Part shown: positions 52,918-63,671 of the stretch, piece after piece
Numbering within the stretch: position 1 is the stretch's first letter
How the letters are laid out: each line of letters begins with the position of its first letter
Source of the DNA: Rebecca billardiae RCC1528
Lineage: Eukaryota > Protista > Haptophyta
Direction of reading: 5' to 3'
NCBI GenBank assembly: GCA_965240325.2
Contig: OZ251251.1
Coordinates: forward strand, 434,001 to 498,000
Length of the DNA: 64,000 bases
Translations under genes and position numbers: made by a program
The notes under the pieces: model-generated
The model's input: only the letters and a program-made list of their open reading frames with translations
The model's database searches: none
What the model was told of the DNA's origin: nothing

Positions 52918-54810
52918 TCAGTCATTAGCCACTACCCGGACGATCGCCAGCGGCGGGAGCTGGGCGATCTGAACGGGCGTGGGCGTCACAGCGCTACTCG
53001 CAGAGTCGTCGGCCACCGGCAGCACGGTCGCATCCGGCTGGCCCACGCCAAGGCCGAGTGCGCCTGAGTGCATGCCACACGCGTGCACCGCGCCGTGCGC
53101 CGTCACGAACAGCGCGTGGTCGCCGCCGAGCGCACACTGGACCACGCGCTCGTGCGATAGAGCACGCACGCACTCGGGCTCCAGCACGGGGGTGGACCTG
53201 TGCCCGAGACCGAGCTGGCCGCAGCTGTTGTACCCAAACGTGTGCACGCTGCCGTCGGAACACACCACCGCGCTGGTGTTAGAACCGGCAGCGCTGCGCA
53301 GGGCGCGCATGCCCGCCAAAGCTTCGATGCGCGTTGGGAGTAGTTGGTCTGCAGTGTCGCCGTGTCCGACACAGCCCCCATACCCTCCTCCGAAGGAATG
53401 CACGCCGCCCGCCGCGTCCACCACCAGGCTGTGCGAGTCGCCCGCGCTCACGTGCACGGCGCGCACGCCTGCGAGCGCCTCGATGCGCCTCGGCGTGTGC
53501 CGATCCTGCCTGTCGCCATGGCCGAGCTCGCCCAAGTCGCCATTGCCACACGAGTACACGGCACCAGAGGTCGAGAGCAGCAGGGTGTGATCAGTTCCAG
53601 AGTCTATGCCAGCCACGCGGATGCCGTCCAGCGCCTCGATGCGCGTCGGCTCCCACCGATCCTCCTCGTCGCCGTGGCCAAGCTGGCCGTGATCGTTGTA
53701 GCCCCAGCTGTACGCTCGGCCGTCGGCGCTGAGCGCGAGGCTGTAGCAGCTGCCGGCAGCGACGCCAACGACAACCTCTTGCAGCAATGCGTCCAGCAGC
53801 ACAAAAGCTCCGCGCGCACGGTGGTCCCCTAGCCCCAGCTCCCCGCACCAGTTGCTGCCGCAGCCGTACACGGCGCCGGCCTCGCTCAGCGCGAGCAGGT
53901 GGTACCCACCCGCAGCAACGGCGCGCACGCGCACTGCTGAGAGCGAGGGCACGCGCGTCGGCACGAGCACGGGCGGCATTTCGGCCCCGTGTCCAATCGG
54001 GGCAGGCCGGTGGTACACGGTGACCTCCCGCAATTCCCCCTCCTCGTCCTCCTCCTCCTCCACCTCCCCCTCCTCGCCACAGGAGTGCAGCCCGCCCTCC
54101 GCGTCCACAAACGCGCTGAATGCCGTTTCATTACGCAGCACACAAGCGGCGACGCGGGCGTGCCGCGCGCTCATCTCCAGCACGCGCTCACGGTCGATCA
54201 GCTCAGCCGTCCACGTGGGCGGCAACGTCGGCAGCAGCCGCTCGTGCCCACGCGCGTGCGCGCGCTCGCGCAGCGCGTGCTCGACCGCCGAGCGGCCGCT
54301 CGGCGCGCCGCGGAAGAGTCGCGAGGCGGCGTTGGCGGACGCGAGGTCACGCGCGCTCTTGAGATGGAACAGAATGCGCGCGAGAAGCTCGAATGGTAGC
54401 GCGGCCAGCGTAGGCGCCGACACCTGCAGCGCGGCGGCGCTGCCGCGGTACGCCCTGTCCCGCCCTCCACCTGAGGGCGCCACAGCCGTGACGTGGCCTC
54501 TGCCCTCCGCGACCTTGACGTGACGCGAAGCGTCGAGCCGGTGCACACCGGCATACATCGTCGTCGCCGACGCAACGGGGTTGATGCGTCCGCAGCCGGT
54601 GCGGCCGCAGCGCACGGCGCAGCACTCGGACGCGAGCGCGCGCTCGAAGAGGCACACGTTGTGCGCGACGTGCTCCGCGCCGCACGCGAGCTGCGCCCAC
54701 GGCTGCGAGCCGATGTGATCGCCGCAGAGGACGCAGGTTGAGTCGGTTGGCATCGGATTCGGCGCCTCGCGCGCCTCGTCATCGCGCGCGACCGGCGTGA
54801 TGCGCTCCAT
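52918..54810 (-). CDS. RING-H2-like + F-box + RCC1-repeat protein, paralogue 1
   Basis: MERITPV start, CVLC-x13-C-x3-H-x2-H-x2-C-x14-C-x4-C, F-box LAALPFELLARILFHL and repeated YSWGxNxxGQLGHGD blades. Confidence 0.88.
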   Translation of the reverse strand: MERITPVARDDEAREAPNPMPTDSTCVLCGDHIGSQPWAQLACGAEHVAHNVCLFERALASECCAVRCGRTGCGRINPVASATTMYAGVHRLDASRHVKVAEGRGHVTAVAPSGGGRDRAYRGSAAALQVSAPTLAALPFELLARILFHLKSARDLASANAASRLFRGAPSGRSAVEHALRERAHARGHERLLPTLPPTWTAELIDRERVLEMSARHARVAACVLRNETAFSAFVDAEGGLHSCGEEGEVEEEEDEEGELREVTVYHRPAPIGHGAEMPPVLVPTRVPSLSAVRVRAVAAGGYHLLALSEAGAVYGCGSNWCGELGLGDHRARGAFVLLDALLQEVVVGVAAGSCYSLALSADGRAYSWGYNDHGQLGHGDEEDRWEPTRIEALDGIRVAGIDSGTDHTLLLSTSGAVYSCGNGDLGELGHGDRQDRHTPRRIEALAGVRAVHVSAGDSHSLVVDAAGGVHSFGGGYGGCVGHGDTADQLLPTRIEALAGMRALRSAAGSNTSAVVCSDGSVHTFGYNSCGQLGLGHRSTPVLEPECVRALSHERVVQCALGGDHALFVTAHGAVHACGMHSGALGLGVGQPDATVLPVADDSASSAVTPTPVQIAQLPPLAIVRVVAND

Positions 54811-54880
54811 GCCGTCACAAACGTCGCGGTTGAGCTCTCGCAGCGAGGGGCGGCGGGCGAGCTCACGCGAGGGAGGGCGA

Positions 54881-55965
54881 CCAAGGGTGGTCAGGGTCGC
54901 CGACTCTGCCAGCGGAGGCCGGCGCCGGAGCTTCACCTCCGATTTTTTGCAGCGGCGCGGCGCGCGGGGCCGCCGCCGCTGTGGCGGGCCGCTCGGGGCG
55001 TGCACGGCGTGGGCTCGTGCGGCCGCTGCCGCGCACGCCGAGCGATCCGGCGCGGGCTCGCGGCTTGTCGATGGCCTCGCGCGCCGCAGCGCGACGCGCG
55101 CCTTGCCTAGCTTCGCCTGTCTCGCGCCTTGGCCGCCGTGCACGCGTGCGCCGCCAAACCGCAAGCTCGGCATACCTCTCAGCCGAGCGTGCACGTGCCT
55201 TGCGCGACACGACGCGGGCATCGCCGCCAGGCGATGTAGGCGTAGTGCGAGCGCGCGCCGTGAAGCCTCGGCGCGGATCGAGAACAATGAAATGATGCCG
55301 CGTACGCGCGTGGACCGTCTGTTCGTTGAGCAGTGCTGAAAGCTGCACGACTGACTCTCTTGCCGGGGCGATCGTCACGTCGCATCGTCACGCAAGGCTC
55401 ACACACACGTCATAGTGGCGTTCATCGTTTTGGCTACAACGCTCGACTAGTCTTCACGAGTCGCAGCGTCGCGATAGCCCATCGTTCAACGGAGGACCGT
55501 GATGTCCATTGGTGGTTGATGCGTCAGCAGTTGTCGACAGCTGACCGAGACGTTGAAGACACTCTCGATCCGCGCTGAGGCTTCACGGCGCGCGCTCGCA
55601 CTACGCCTACATCGCCTGGCGGCAATGCCCGCGTCGCGTCGCGCAAGGCACGTGCACGCTCGGCTGAGAGGTATGCCGAGCTTGCGGTTTGGCGGCGCAC
55701 GCGTGCACGGCGGCCAAGGCGCGAGACAGGCGAAGCTAGGCAAGGCGCGCGTCGCGCTGCGGCGCGCGAGGCCATCGACAAGCCGCGAGCCCGCGCCGGA
55801 TCGCTCGGCGTGCGCGGCAGCGGCCGCACGAGCCCACGCCGTGCACGCCCCGAGCGGCCCGCCACAGCGGCGGCGGCCCGGCGCGCCGTGCCGTTGTAAA
55901 AAATCGGAGGTGAAGCTCGGGCGCCGGCCTCCGCTGGCAGAGTCGGCGACCCTGACCACCCTTGG
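54881..55965. mobile_element. Foldback-type non-autonomous element: 403-bp TIRs, 279-bp core, 5-bp TSD GGCGA
   Basis: 54881-55283 is the reverse complement of 55563-55965, with about 8 mismatches seen. Termini CCAAGGG...CCCTTGG. GGCGA at 54876-54880 and 55966-55970. The empty site GAGGGCGACGACGGTTGG is present upstream of paralogues 2 and 3. Confidence 0.92.
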
Positions 55966-56095
55966 GGCGACGACGGTTGGCCGTCCCGGTCCGGGAGCTT
56001 CCCGTGCTCGTGAGTCATTGGCTCACCTGCCGCACGATGCCACACTGTGCGGGTCGGACGGGCTCAAATCATCTAGCACTCGCTGGCGATGGTGC

Positions 56096-57961
56096 TCAAC
56101 ACGCCAGCGGAGGGAGCTGCGCGATCTGCACGGGCGTGGGCGTCGCAGCGCTCGCAGACTCGTCGGCCCCCGGCGGCATGAGCACGCTCGCATCCGCGCC
56201 CACGCCGAGGCCGAGCGCGGCTGAGTGCTGGCCGCACGAGTGCACCGCGCCGTCCGCCGTCACGAACAGCGCTTGGGCGCCGCCAAGCGCGCACTGGACC
56301 ACGCGCTCGTGCGACAGAGCACGCACGCACTCGGGCTCCAGCACGGGGGTGGACCTGTGCCCGAGCCCGAGCTGGCCGCAGCCGTTGGACCCAAACGTGT
56401 GCACGCTGCCGTCAGCGCACACCACCGCGCTGCTGCGGTGCCCAGCAGCGCTGCGCACGGCGCGCATGCCCGCCAGTGCCTCGACGCGCGTTGGCAGTGG
56501 TTGGCCTGCCTCGTCGCCGTGCCCAAGGCCGCCGCCATACCCTCCTCCGAAGGAATGCACGCCGCCCGTCGAGTCCACCACCAGGCTGTGACTACTGCCC
56601 GCGCTCACGTGCACGGCGCGCACGCCCTCGAACGCCTCGATGCACTTCGGCGTGCGCCGATCCTGCTCGTCGCCGTGGCCGAGCTGGCCGTGCCGAGCAA
56701 AGCCGCACGAGTAAACGGAGCCACCGGTCGATAGGAGCAGCGTGTGGAAGTGACCTGACGCCACGCCACCCACGCGAATGCCGTCCAGCGCCTCGATGCG
56801 CGTCGGCTGCAGCCGGTGCTCCGTGTCGCCGTGGCCGAGCTGGCCGCAGCTGTTGCCGCCCCAGCTGTACGCACAACCGTCGGCGCTGAGCGCAAGGCTG
56901 TGGCAGCAGCCGGCAGCGATGCCAACGACCACCTCTTGCAGCAACGCGTCCAGCAGCACAAAAGCCCCGCGCTCATGCCGGCCCCCAAGCCCCAGCTGGC
57001 CGTACTCGTTGCTGCCGCAGCCGTACACGGCGCCGGCCTCACTCAGCGCAAGTAGGTGCAACCAACCCGCAGCAACGGCACGCACGCGCACCGCTGAGAG
57101 CGAGGGCACGCGCGTCGGCACGCGCACGGGTGGCGTGTCATGCGATATCCCGTGCCCAATCGCGGCAGGCCGGTGGTACACGGTGACCTCACGCCGTTGC
57201 TCCTCCTCGTCCTCCACCTGGCCACACGTGTGCAGCCAGCCCTCCGCGTCCACAAACGCGCTGAACGTCGGGTCAGACGGGTCGTCATCAAAAGCGCAAA
57301 CGACGACGCGGGCGTGCCGCGCGCTCACCTCCAGCACGCGCTCACGCTCGAGCAGCTCAGTCGGCCACGTGGGCGGCATCGGCGGCAGCAGCCGCTCGTG
57401 CCCGCGCGCGTGCGCGCGCTCGCGCAGCGCGTGCTCGACTGCCGAGCGACCGCCCGGCGCACAGCAGAAGAGACGCGAGGTCGCGTTTGCGGACGCGAGG
57501 TCACGGGCGCTGTTGAGATAGAAAAGGATATGCGCGAGCAACTCGAATGGCAACGCGGCCAGCGAAGGCGCCGCCGCCTGCAGCACGACTGCGCTGCCGC
57601 TGTGCGCCTCGTCCGGCCCTCCGCCCGAGGGCGACACAGCCATGACGTGGCCTCTGCCCTCCGCGACCTTGACGTGACGCGAAGCGTCGAGCCGGTGCAC
57701 ACCTTTGTACATCGTTATCGCCGACGCAACGGGGGTGATGCGTCCGCAGCCGGTGCGGCCGCAGCGCACCGCGCAGCACTCGGACGCGAGCGCGCGCTCG
57801 AAGAGGCACACGTTGTGCGCGACGTGCTCCGCGCCGCACGCGAGCTGCGCCCACGGCTGCGAGCCGATGCGATCGCCGCAGAGGACGCAGAGAGAGTCAG
57901 CAGGCGTCGGGCTCGGCGTCTCGGGCACCTGACAATCGCGGGCGACCGGCGTGCGCTCCAT
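56096..57961 (-). CDS. RING-H2-like + F-box + RCC1-repeat protein, paralogue 2
   Basis: Same architecture as paralogue 1 and collinear with it. Confidence 0.88.
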   Translation of the reverse strand: MERTPVARDCQVPETPSPTPADSLCVLCGDRIGSQPWAQLACGAEHVAHNVCLFERALASECCAVRCGRTGCGRITPVASAITMYKGVHRLDASRHVKVAEGRGHVMAVSPSGGGPDEAHSGSAVVLQAAAPSLAALPFELLAHILFYLNSARDLASANATSRLFCCAPGGRSAVEHALRERAHARGHERLLPPMPPTWPTELLERERVLEVSARHARVVVCAFDDDPSDPTFSAFVDAEGWLHTCGQVEDEEEQRREVTVYHRPAAIGHGISHDTPPVRVPTRVPSLSAVRVRAVAAGWLHLLALSEAGAVYGCGSNEYGQLGLGGRHERGAFVLLDALLQEVVVGIAAGCCHSLALSADGCAYSWGGNSCGQLGHGDTEHRLQPTRIEALDGIRVGGVASGHFHTLLLSTGGSVYSCGFARHGQLGHGDEQDRRTPKCIEAFEGVRAVHVSAGSSHSLVVDSTGGVHSFGGGYGGGLGHGDEAGQPLPTRVEALAGMRAVRSAAGHRSSAVVCADGSVHTFGSNGCGQLGLGHRSTPVLEPECVRALSHERVVQCALGGAQALFVTADGAVHSCGQHSAALGLGVGADASVLMPPGADESASAATPTPVQIAQLPPLAC

Positions 57962-58210
57962 GCCGTCACCGACGTCGCGATGAGCTCTCGCAGGGAGCGG
58001 GGCGGCGGGCGAGCTTTGCGAAGCGCACAGGAGGGAGGGCGACGACGGTTGGCCGTCCGGTCCGGGAGCTTCCCGTCAGTCCGTCACCCTCGCGCAGCCG
58101 GTACAGACTACACAGTGAGTGAGGTGAGTCAACTCCGTCTCATCATGATTGCATGCGGGGCCCGGAGTCCGGAGCACGATGCTGCCACACGGTGGCGGTC
58201 GAACTCAACA

Positions 58211-60097
58211 TCAACTAACACCAGCTGTCGATGGTGCTCGACACGCCAGCGGAGGGAGCTGCGCGATTTGCACGGGCGTGGGCGTTGCAGCGCTCGCAGA
58301 CTCGTCGGCCACCGGCGGCACGCTCGCACCCGCGCTCACGCCGAGGCCGAGTGCGGCTGAGTGCTTGCCGCACGCGTGCGCCGCGCCGTCCGCCGTCACG
58401 AACAGCACGTGGTCGCCACCTAGCGCACACTGGACCACGCGCTCGTGCGAGAGAGCACGCACGCGCTCCGGCCGCTGCACGTTGGAGGCCCTGTGCCCGA
58501 GCCCGAGCTGGCCGCAGCCGTTGTACCCAAACGTGTGCACGCTGCCGTCAGCGCACACCACCGCGCTGCTGCGGTGCCCAGCAGCGCTGCGCACGGCGCG
58601 CATGCCCGCCAGCGCCTCAACGCGCGTTGGCAGTGGTTCGCCTGCCTCGTCACCGTGTCCAAGGCAGCCCTCACGCCCTGCCCCGAAGGAATGCACGCCG
58701 CCCGCTGCGTCCACCACCAGGCTGTGGTAACTGCCCGCGCTCACGTGCACGGCGCGCACGCCTGCGAGCTCCTTGATGCGCCTCGGCGAGCGCCGATCCT
58801 GCTCGTCACCGTGGCCGAGCTGGCCGAAGCTAGCAAGGCCACACGAGTACACGACGCCAGCGATCGATAGGAGCAGCGTGTGGAAGTGGCCTGACGCCAC
58901 GCCACCAACGCGCACGCCGTCCAGCGCCTCGATGCGCGTCGGCTGCAGCCGATCCTCCGTGTCGCCGTGGCCGAGCTGGCCGCAGCTGTTGTAGCCCCAG
59001 CTGTACGCACGGCCGTCGGCGCTGAGCGCGAGGCTGTGAGCACCACTGGCAGCGATGCAAACGACAACCTCTTGCAGCAATGCGCCCAGCAGCACAAAAG
59101 CTCCGCGCGCACGGTGGTCCCCGAGCCCCAGCTGGCCGCGCTCGTTGTCCCCGCAGCCGTACACGGTGCCGGCCTCGCTCAGCGCGAGCAGGTGATGGCA
59201 ACCCGCAGCAACGGCACGCACGCGCACTGCTGAGAGCGAGGGCACGCGCGTCGGCACGAGCACGGGCGGCATTTCGGCCCCGTGGCCAATCGCGGCAGGC
59301 CGTTGGTACACGGTGACCTCACGCCTCTCCCCCTCCTCGTCCTCCGCCTCCGCCGCCTCCTCCACCGCCTCCTCGCCGCACGTGTGCAGCCCGCCCTCCG
59401 CGTCCACAAACGCGCTGAACGGAATGTAGGGCACGGCGCCGCATACCGCAACGCGAGCGTGCCGCGCGCACGTCTCCAGCACACGCTCGCGCTCGATCAG
59501 CTCAGCCGTCCACGTGGGCGGCAACGTCGGCAGCAGCCGCTCGTGCCCACGCGCGTGCGCGCGCTCGCGCAGCGCGTGCTCGACCGCTGAGCGGCCGCAC
59601 GGCGCGCAGCGGAAGAGACGCGAGGCCGCGTTGGCGGACGCGAGGTCACGCGCGCTGTTGAGGTGGAACAGGATGCGCGCGAGCAGCTCGAACGGCAGCG
59701 CGGCCAGCGAAGGCGCTGCCGCCTGCAGCACGGCTGCGCTGCCGCAGTGCGCCCCTCTGCCCGAGGGCGCCACAGCCGTGACGTGGCCTCTGCCCGCCGC
59801 GACCTTGACGTGACGCGAAGCGTCGAGGCGGCGCAGGCCTGCATATATCGTGGTCGCCGACGCCACGGGCGTGATGCGTCCGCAGCCGGTGCGGCCGCAG
59901 CGCACCGCGCAGCACTCAGATACGAGCGCGCGCTCGAAGAGGCACACGTTGTGCGCGACGTGCTCCGCGCCGCACGCGAGCTGCGCCCACGGCTGCGAGC
60001 CGATGTGATCGCCGCAGAGGACGCAGGGAGTGTCGACAGGCGTCAGGCTCGGCGCCTCGGGCACCTCGCCATTGCGCGCGACCGGCGTGCGCTCCAT
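58211..60097 (-). CDS. RING-H2-like + F-box + RCC1-repeat protein, paralogue 3
   Basis: Same architecture. The MERTPV start at 60097 matches the other paralogues. Confidence 0.88.
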   Translation of the reverse strand: MERTPVARNGEVPEAPSLTPVDTPCVLCGDHIGSQPWAQLACGAEHVAHNVCLFERALVSECCAVRCGRTGCGRITPVASATTIYAGLRRLDASRHVKVAAGRGHVTAVAPSGRGAHCGSAAVLQAAAPSLAALPFELLARILFHLNSARDLASANAASRLFRCAPCGRSAVEHALRERAHARGHERLLPTLPPTWTAELIERERVLETCARHARVAVCGAVPYIPFSAFVDAEGGLHTCGEEAVEEAAEAEDEEGERREVTVYQRPAAIGHGAEMPPVLVPTRVPSLSAVRVRAVAAGCHHLLALSEAGTVYGCGDNERGQLGLGDHRARGAFVLLGALLQEVVVCIAASGAHSLALSADGRAYSWGYNSCGQLGHGDTEDRLQPTRIEALDGVRVGGVASGHFHTLLLSIAGVVYSCGLASFGQLGHGDEQDRRSPRRIKELAGVRAVHVSAGSYHSLVVDAAGGVHSFGAGREGCLGHGDEAGEPLPTRVEALAGMRAVRSAAGHRSSAVVCADGSVHTFGYNGCGQLGLGHRASNVQRPERVRALSHERVVQCALGGDHVLFVTADGAAHACGKHSAALGLGVSAGASVPPVADESASAATPTPVQIAQLPPLACRAPSTAGVS

Positions 60098-60329
60098 GCC
60101 GTAATTGATGTTGCGATGAGCTCTCGCAGTGAGGGGCGGCCCCGCCGCCGGACGCACGGGAGAGGGCGACGACGGTTGGCGTCAGGTCCGGGAGCATTTG
60201 ATTTAATTTTGGATTTCTTTCGTCATCCGTCAATCTCGCCTGCCTGTGCTGAGCAAGCTGTGCGTGCGTCTCTTATTCTTAGTCAACTGTAGCTAGCGGT
60301 GGGTGAGTCAATGCGCTCATGCCGGCGGC

Positions 60330-61967
60330 TCACATCAATAATGACCGCTCGTAGCGGCCGGGCCCCAGCCCCTGCTGGCCCTGCCAGAGCAGCTGCAGAC
60401 GTGCAACGCGCGTGGGCGTCCTCATGTCCGCCTCCGGCGCCGCGCGCACGCCGAGGCCGAGCGCCGCCGAGCGCCAGCCGCACGCGTGCGCGGCACCGTC
60501 CGCCGTCACGTACAGCGCGTGCTGCCCGCCAAGCGCGCAGCCGACGACGCGTGCGCCCGCCTCCACCTGCACGCGCGCTGGCAGCAGGCTTCGCGTCGCG
60601 CCGCCGAGGCCGAGTGTGCCATGCGCGTTGCTCCCAAACGCGTGCGCGCTGCCGTCCGCGCCCAGCACCGCGCTGCCGTCGAGGCCACAGCTGGCGCGCA
60701 CCGCGCGCACGCCCGCCAGCGCGTCGACACGCCTTGGCACGGGCTGGAGGGCAGTGTCCCCGTGGCCGAGGCAGCCAGCGGTGCCACGGCCGAAGGAGTG
60801 CACGCCACCCTCCGCGTCGAGCGCCAGGCTGTGCGTGTCGCCCGCGCTCACGTGCACGGCGCGCACGCCCGCGAGCGCCTCGATGCGCCTCGGCGTGAGC
60901 TGATCCTGCCCGCTGTCGTCGCCGTGGCCGAGCTCGCCGCAGGCGCCGTGGCCGCACGAGAAGACAGCGCCGTCGAGCGAGGCCAGCAGTGTGTGGTAGG
61001 CCCCTGCGCTCGCCCCGCCCACCCGCACGCCGCCCAGCGCCTCGATGCGCTTCGGCGCCCACCGGCCGTCCCTGTCGCCGTGGCCGAGCTGGCCGTGGTT
61101 GTTGCCGCCCCAGCTGTACGCGCCGCCCGCTGCGGTGAGCGCGAGGCTGTGGAACTCGCCCGCGGCGATGCACACGGCGTGCTCCTGGGCGAGCGCTCGG
61201 ACGCGCTCGAGCCGGCCGCTTCCGTAGTGCACACCGTCACCCAGCCCGAGCTGGCCGCAGCCGTTGCCGCCGCAGCCGTACACGGCGCCGGCATCGCTCA
61301 GCGCGAGCAGGTGATAGGCGCCGGCCGCCACCGCGACCACGCGCACCGCGGCGAGCGAGACCACGCGCTTCGGCAGCGTGACCACGGGCATGTCCGCGTG
61401 GCCCAGCGCCACCGGCGCAACGTGCTCACCCGTCAGCTCCCCGCTCGCATCCCGCGCCGGCACCTCGCCGCACGTGTGCAGCCCGCCCTCCGCGTCCGCA
61501 AACGCGCTGAACGCCGGGCCGTGGTGGTACCGATTCCACGTCAAGCGCGAGCAGGCGACGACGGCCGCGTGCGCACGCGCGAGCTCGTGCGTGCGCAGCA
61601 GTGCCAGTAGCTCGGCCGTCCACGTGCACGCAGCCGGCGGGAGGGCCGTCGGGATGGCGCGCTCGAGCCCGCGCGCGCGCGCGAGGGCGCGGAGCGCGTG
61701 CTCGACCGGCGAGCGGCCGCCCGGCGCGCCGCGGAAAAGGCGCGCCGTGGCGTTGGCAGCCAGCAGGGTGGGGAGCTCGGACACGCTCGCAAGCATGCGC
61801 TCGATGACCTCGGGCGGCATGTCCGCGAGGCACAGCGCCGCCGCTGCGCGCGATGCGTGCTCCTTGCCAGGGCCCATTGTGACGACTGGACGTCCGCGAA
61901 TCTCGGGATCAACCACATCACGGATCGCGAGATTCGCGACGAGGATGGAGGCGGCCGGACTGGGCAT
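60330..61967 (-). CDS. F-box + RCC1-repeat protein, diverged paralogue 4 without RING (start at 61967 or 61877)
   Basis: F-box LADMPPEVIERMLASV, shared FSAFADAEGGLHTCG and RCC1 blades. No N-terminal Cys/His cluster. Confidence 0.85.
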   Translation of the reverse strand: MPSPAASILVANLAIRDVVDPEIRGRPVVTMGPGKEHASRAAAALCLADMPPEVIERMLASVSELPTLLAANATARLFRGAPGGRSPVEHALRALARARGLERAIPTALPPAACTWTAELLALLRTHELARAHAAVVACSRLTWNRYHHGPAFSAFADAEGGLHTCGEVPARDASGELTGEHVAPVALGHADMPVVTLPKRVVSLAAVRVVAVAAGAYHLLALSDAGAVYGCGGNGCGQLGLGDGVHYGSGRLERVRALAQEHAVCIAAGEFHSLALTAAGGAYSWGGNNHGQLGHGDRDGRWAPKRIEALGGVRVGGASAGAYHTLLASLDGAVFSCGHGACGELGHGDDSGQDQLTPRRIEALAGVRAVHVSAGDTHSLALDAEGGVHSFGRGTAGCLGHGDTALQPVPRRVDALAGVRAVRASCGLDGSAVLGADGSAHAFGSNAHGTLGLGGATRSLLPARVQVEAGARVVGCALGGQHALYVTADGAAHACGWRSAALGLGVRAAPEADMRTPTRVARLQLLWQGQQGLGPGRYERSLLM

Positions 61968-62923
61968 AAGCACGCTCGCTCCCTCGGCGGCCCAGAGCGG
62001 GCGTCGCTGGGCCCGGCGGCCCGGCTGAGGTGCGTGGCGCGACCGTGCGATTATCGGGGCGCCTCGTACGCGCTTTGTCGGGGGGGGCAAGGCGCGCCGC
62101 CGCGCAGCACACGCCTGTGCGGGCGCGCCGAGAGTCACTCAGCGGCGGCTCGCGCGCGAGCGGAGGGGGCGTAGCCCATCGTTATCAACCGTCCGGGGCC
62201 CGGTGGCATCCTCCTTCTTCCCGGCCAACGGGCTCCCAAGCTGGTGGGGGCCGCGCTGCAGGCGGCTGATTTAGTGCCGCAGCCTCAGAGGTGTAATGCT
62301 TGCTTGCGGTGGGGCGTCCAGGGCGTGTTGATTGGTGATACAACAGTGTCGCCCTGCGCCACGCCCACGCTCCGTCCGGCGCCGTGCTCACGCAGAGACC
62401 GTGCGCCGCACACGGTGCCGCACACAATGCGGCGCTCGGCCTCTACGCGGTTGATGTGGCCCGTCACTAGGTCGGTGCGCACTGTTACACTGGGACCGCA
62501 AACTGCCGCAGTCACTAGTGTGAGTCAGCGAGGCGACGTGACTACGTCTCAGGATACTGATGCGCATGCGCATATATATAATGCAGCGGCTTACCCAGCC
62601 CCAGCATGGGGACCGTGCGAGTGATACCGTGATGACGTAGCATATATCATAAGACGGCTAGCCACTCTGGCGTCACTGTGTGACAGTCCGTGCTCATTAT
62701 ATATAAAATTTAAAATAAGAATAAGAATATATATATACGCACATATATATTGAATATATAATAAGCAGTAATATATTGATAGTTAGTACGTGATACAGCA
62801 GCAGTGATGATACTATGATGACTAGTCATCAATATGAGTACGTCGTACTACATGCATGCTGCCGTTACCGCGCCGTCTCAATTCAGTCAAATTATATACG
62901 CCGTACTGCAGGCAGACAGAGTG

Positions 62924-63350
62924 CAGGGGGGTCCAAGTGAAGTTTCCCACTTCCGGGAAAGGAAGCCATGTCGATCCCACGGCGATCCAAGGCCCCAGCG
63001 CCACGGCCGGGTCACCGGGGCGTGGCGTAGGCAGGTTGGTGCGGTCCTACGAGCGCATGGGCGTGAGTGTAACAGCTTCCTCAGTCAATAGTTGATTGCG
63101 CGGTAGTCGTGCGACCGCCGTCCGACACGGCTGCCGTGCGAATAGGATAGCGAGCTGATCAGGACTAGTGACAACCTTCGGTCTGGGACCACGCCACGCC
63201 ATTTGGCGACCTCGGCACCGCTCATTGCTCAATGATGCCCGTCCAGAGGCACGGACGTGCCGCACTTAACCTGGCCAGCCTGGCTAACTGGCTCCACCCG
63301 GCCACTAAGTAGTAAGTGGGGCCCGCCCCGCTGCCACCTGGACCCCTCTG
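62924..63350. mobile_element. Possible MITE relic
   Basis: CAGGGGGGTCCAAGTG (62924-62939) and CACCTGGACCCCTCTG (63335-63350) match 14/16 as an inverted repeat. Flanks are TG and TA. Confidence 0.35.
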
Positions 63351-63671
63351 TAGCCTTCGGATACTGGTAGTATATCGCGCGTATAGCTACTATGCTACTG
63401 ACTCAGAATATAAGGATGTCATATCGTCATCAGCAGACGCCTATATATTCGGTATACGGTGGCCGGCCTGCGCCCGGATGGTCAGCAGCGTGGTGACCTA
63501 CGTCGATCGCTCAGCTGCCGGAGCGGGGGTGCGCGCCGTCTCGCGCCGCAGTCCGGGCGCGTGGGAGAGCCCGCCACCGACGCCGGGCCCGGGAGCGCGC
63601 CGCGCTTGAGCAGCGCGAGCGGAGCCGCACCCACCACGCCCGCCGCGCGTGCCACTGTGCGGTGCGCGCCG

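Noticed and set aside
54811-55287. N-terminal extension of paralogue 1 (789-aa ORF) and the mirror ORF at 55553-56224
   Set aside because: Both run through the inserted TIRs. The paralogues fix the start at 54810.
52918-61967. UVR8 photoreceptor identity for the RCC1 proteins
   Set aside because: The repeated GWRHT tryptophan motifs of UVR8 are absent, and an F-box is present.
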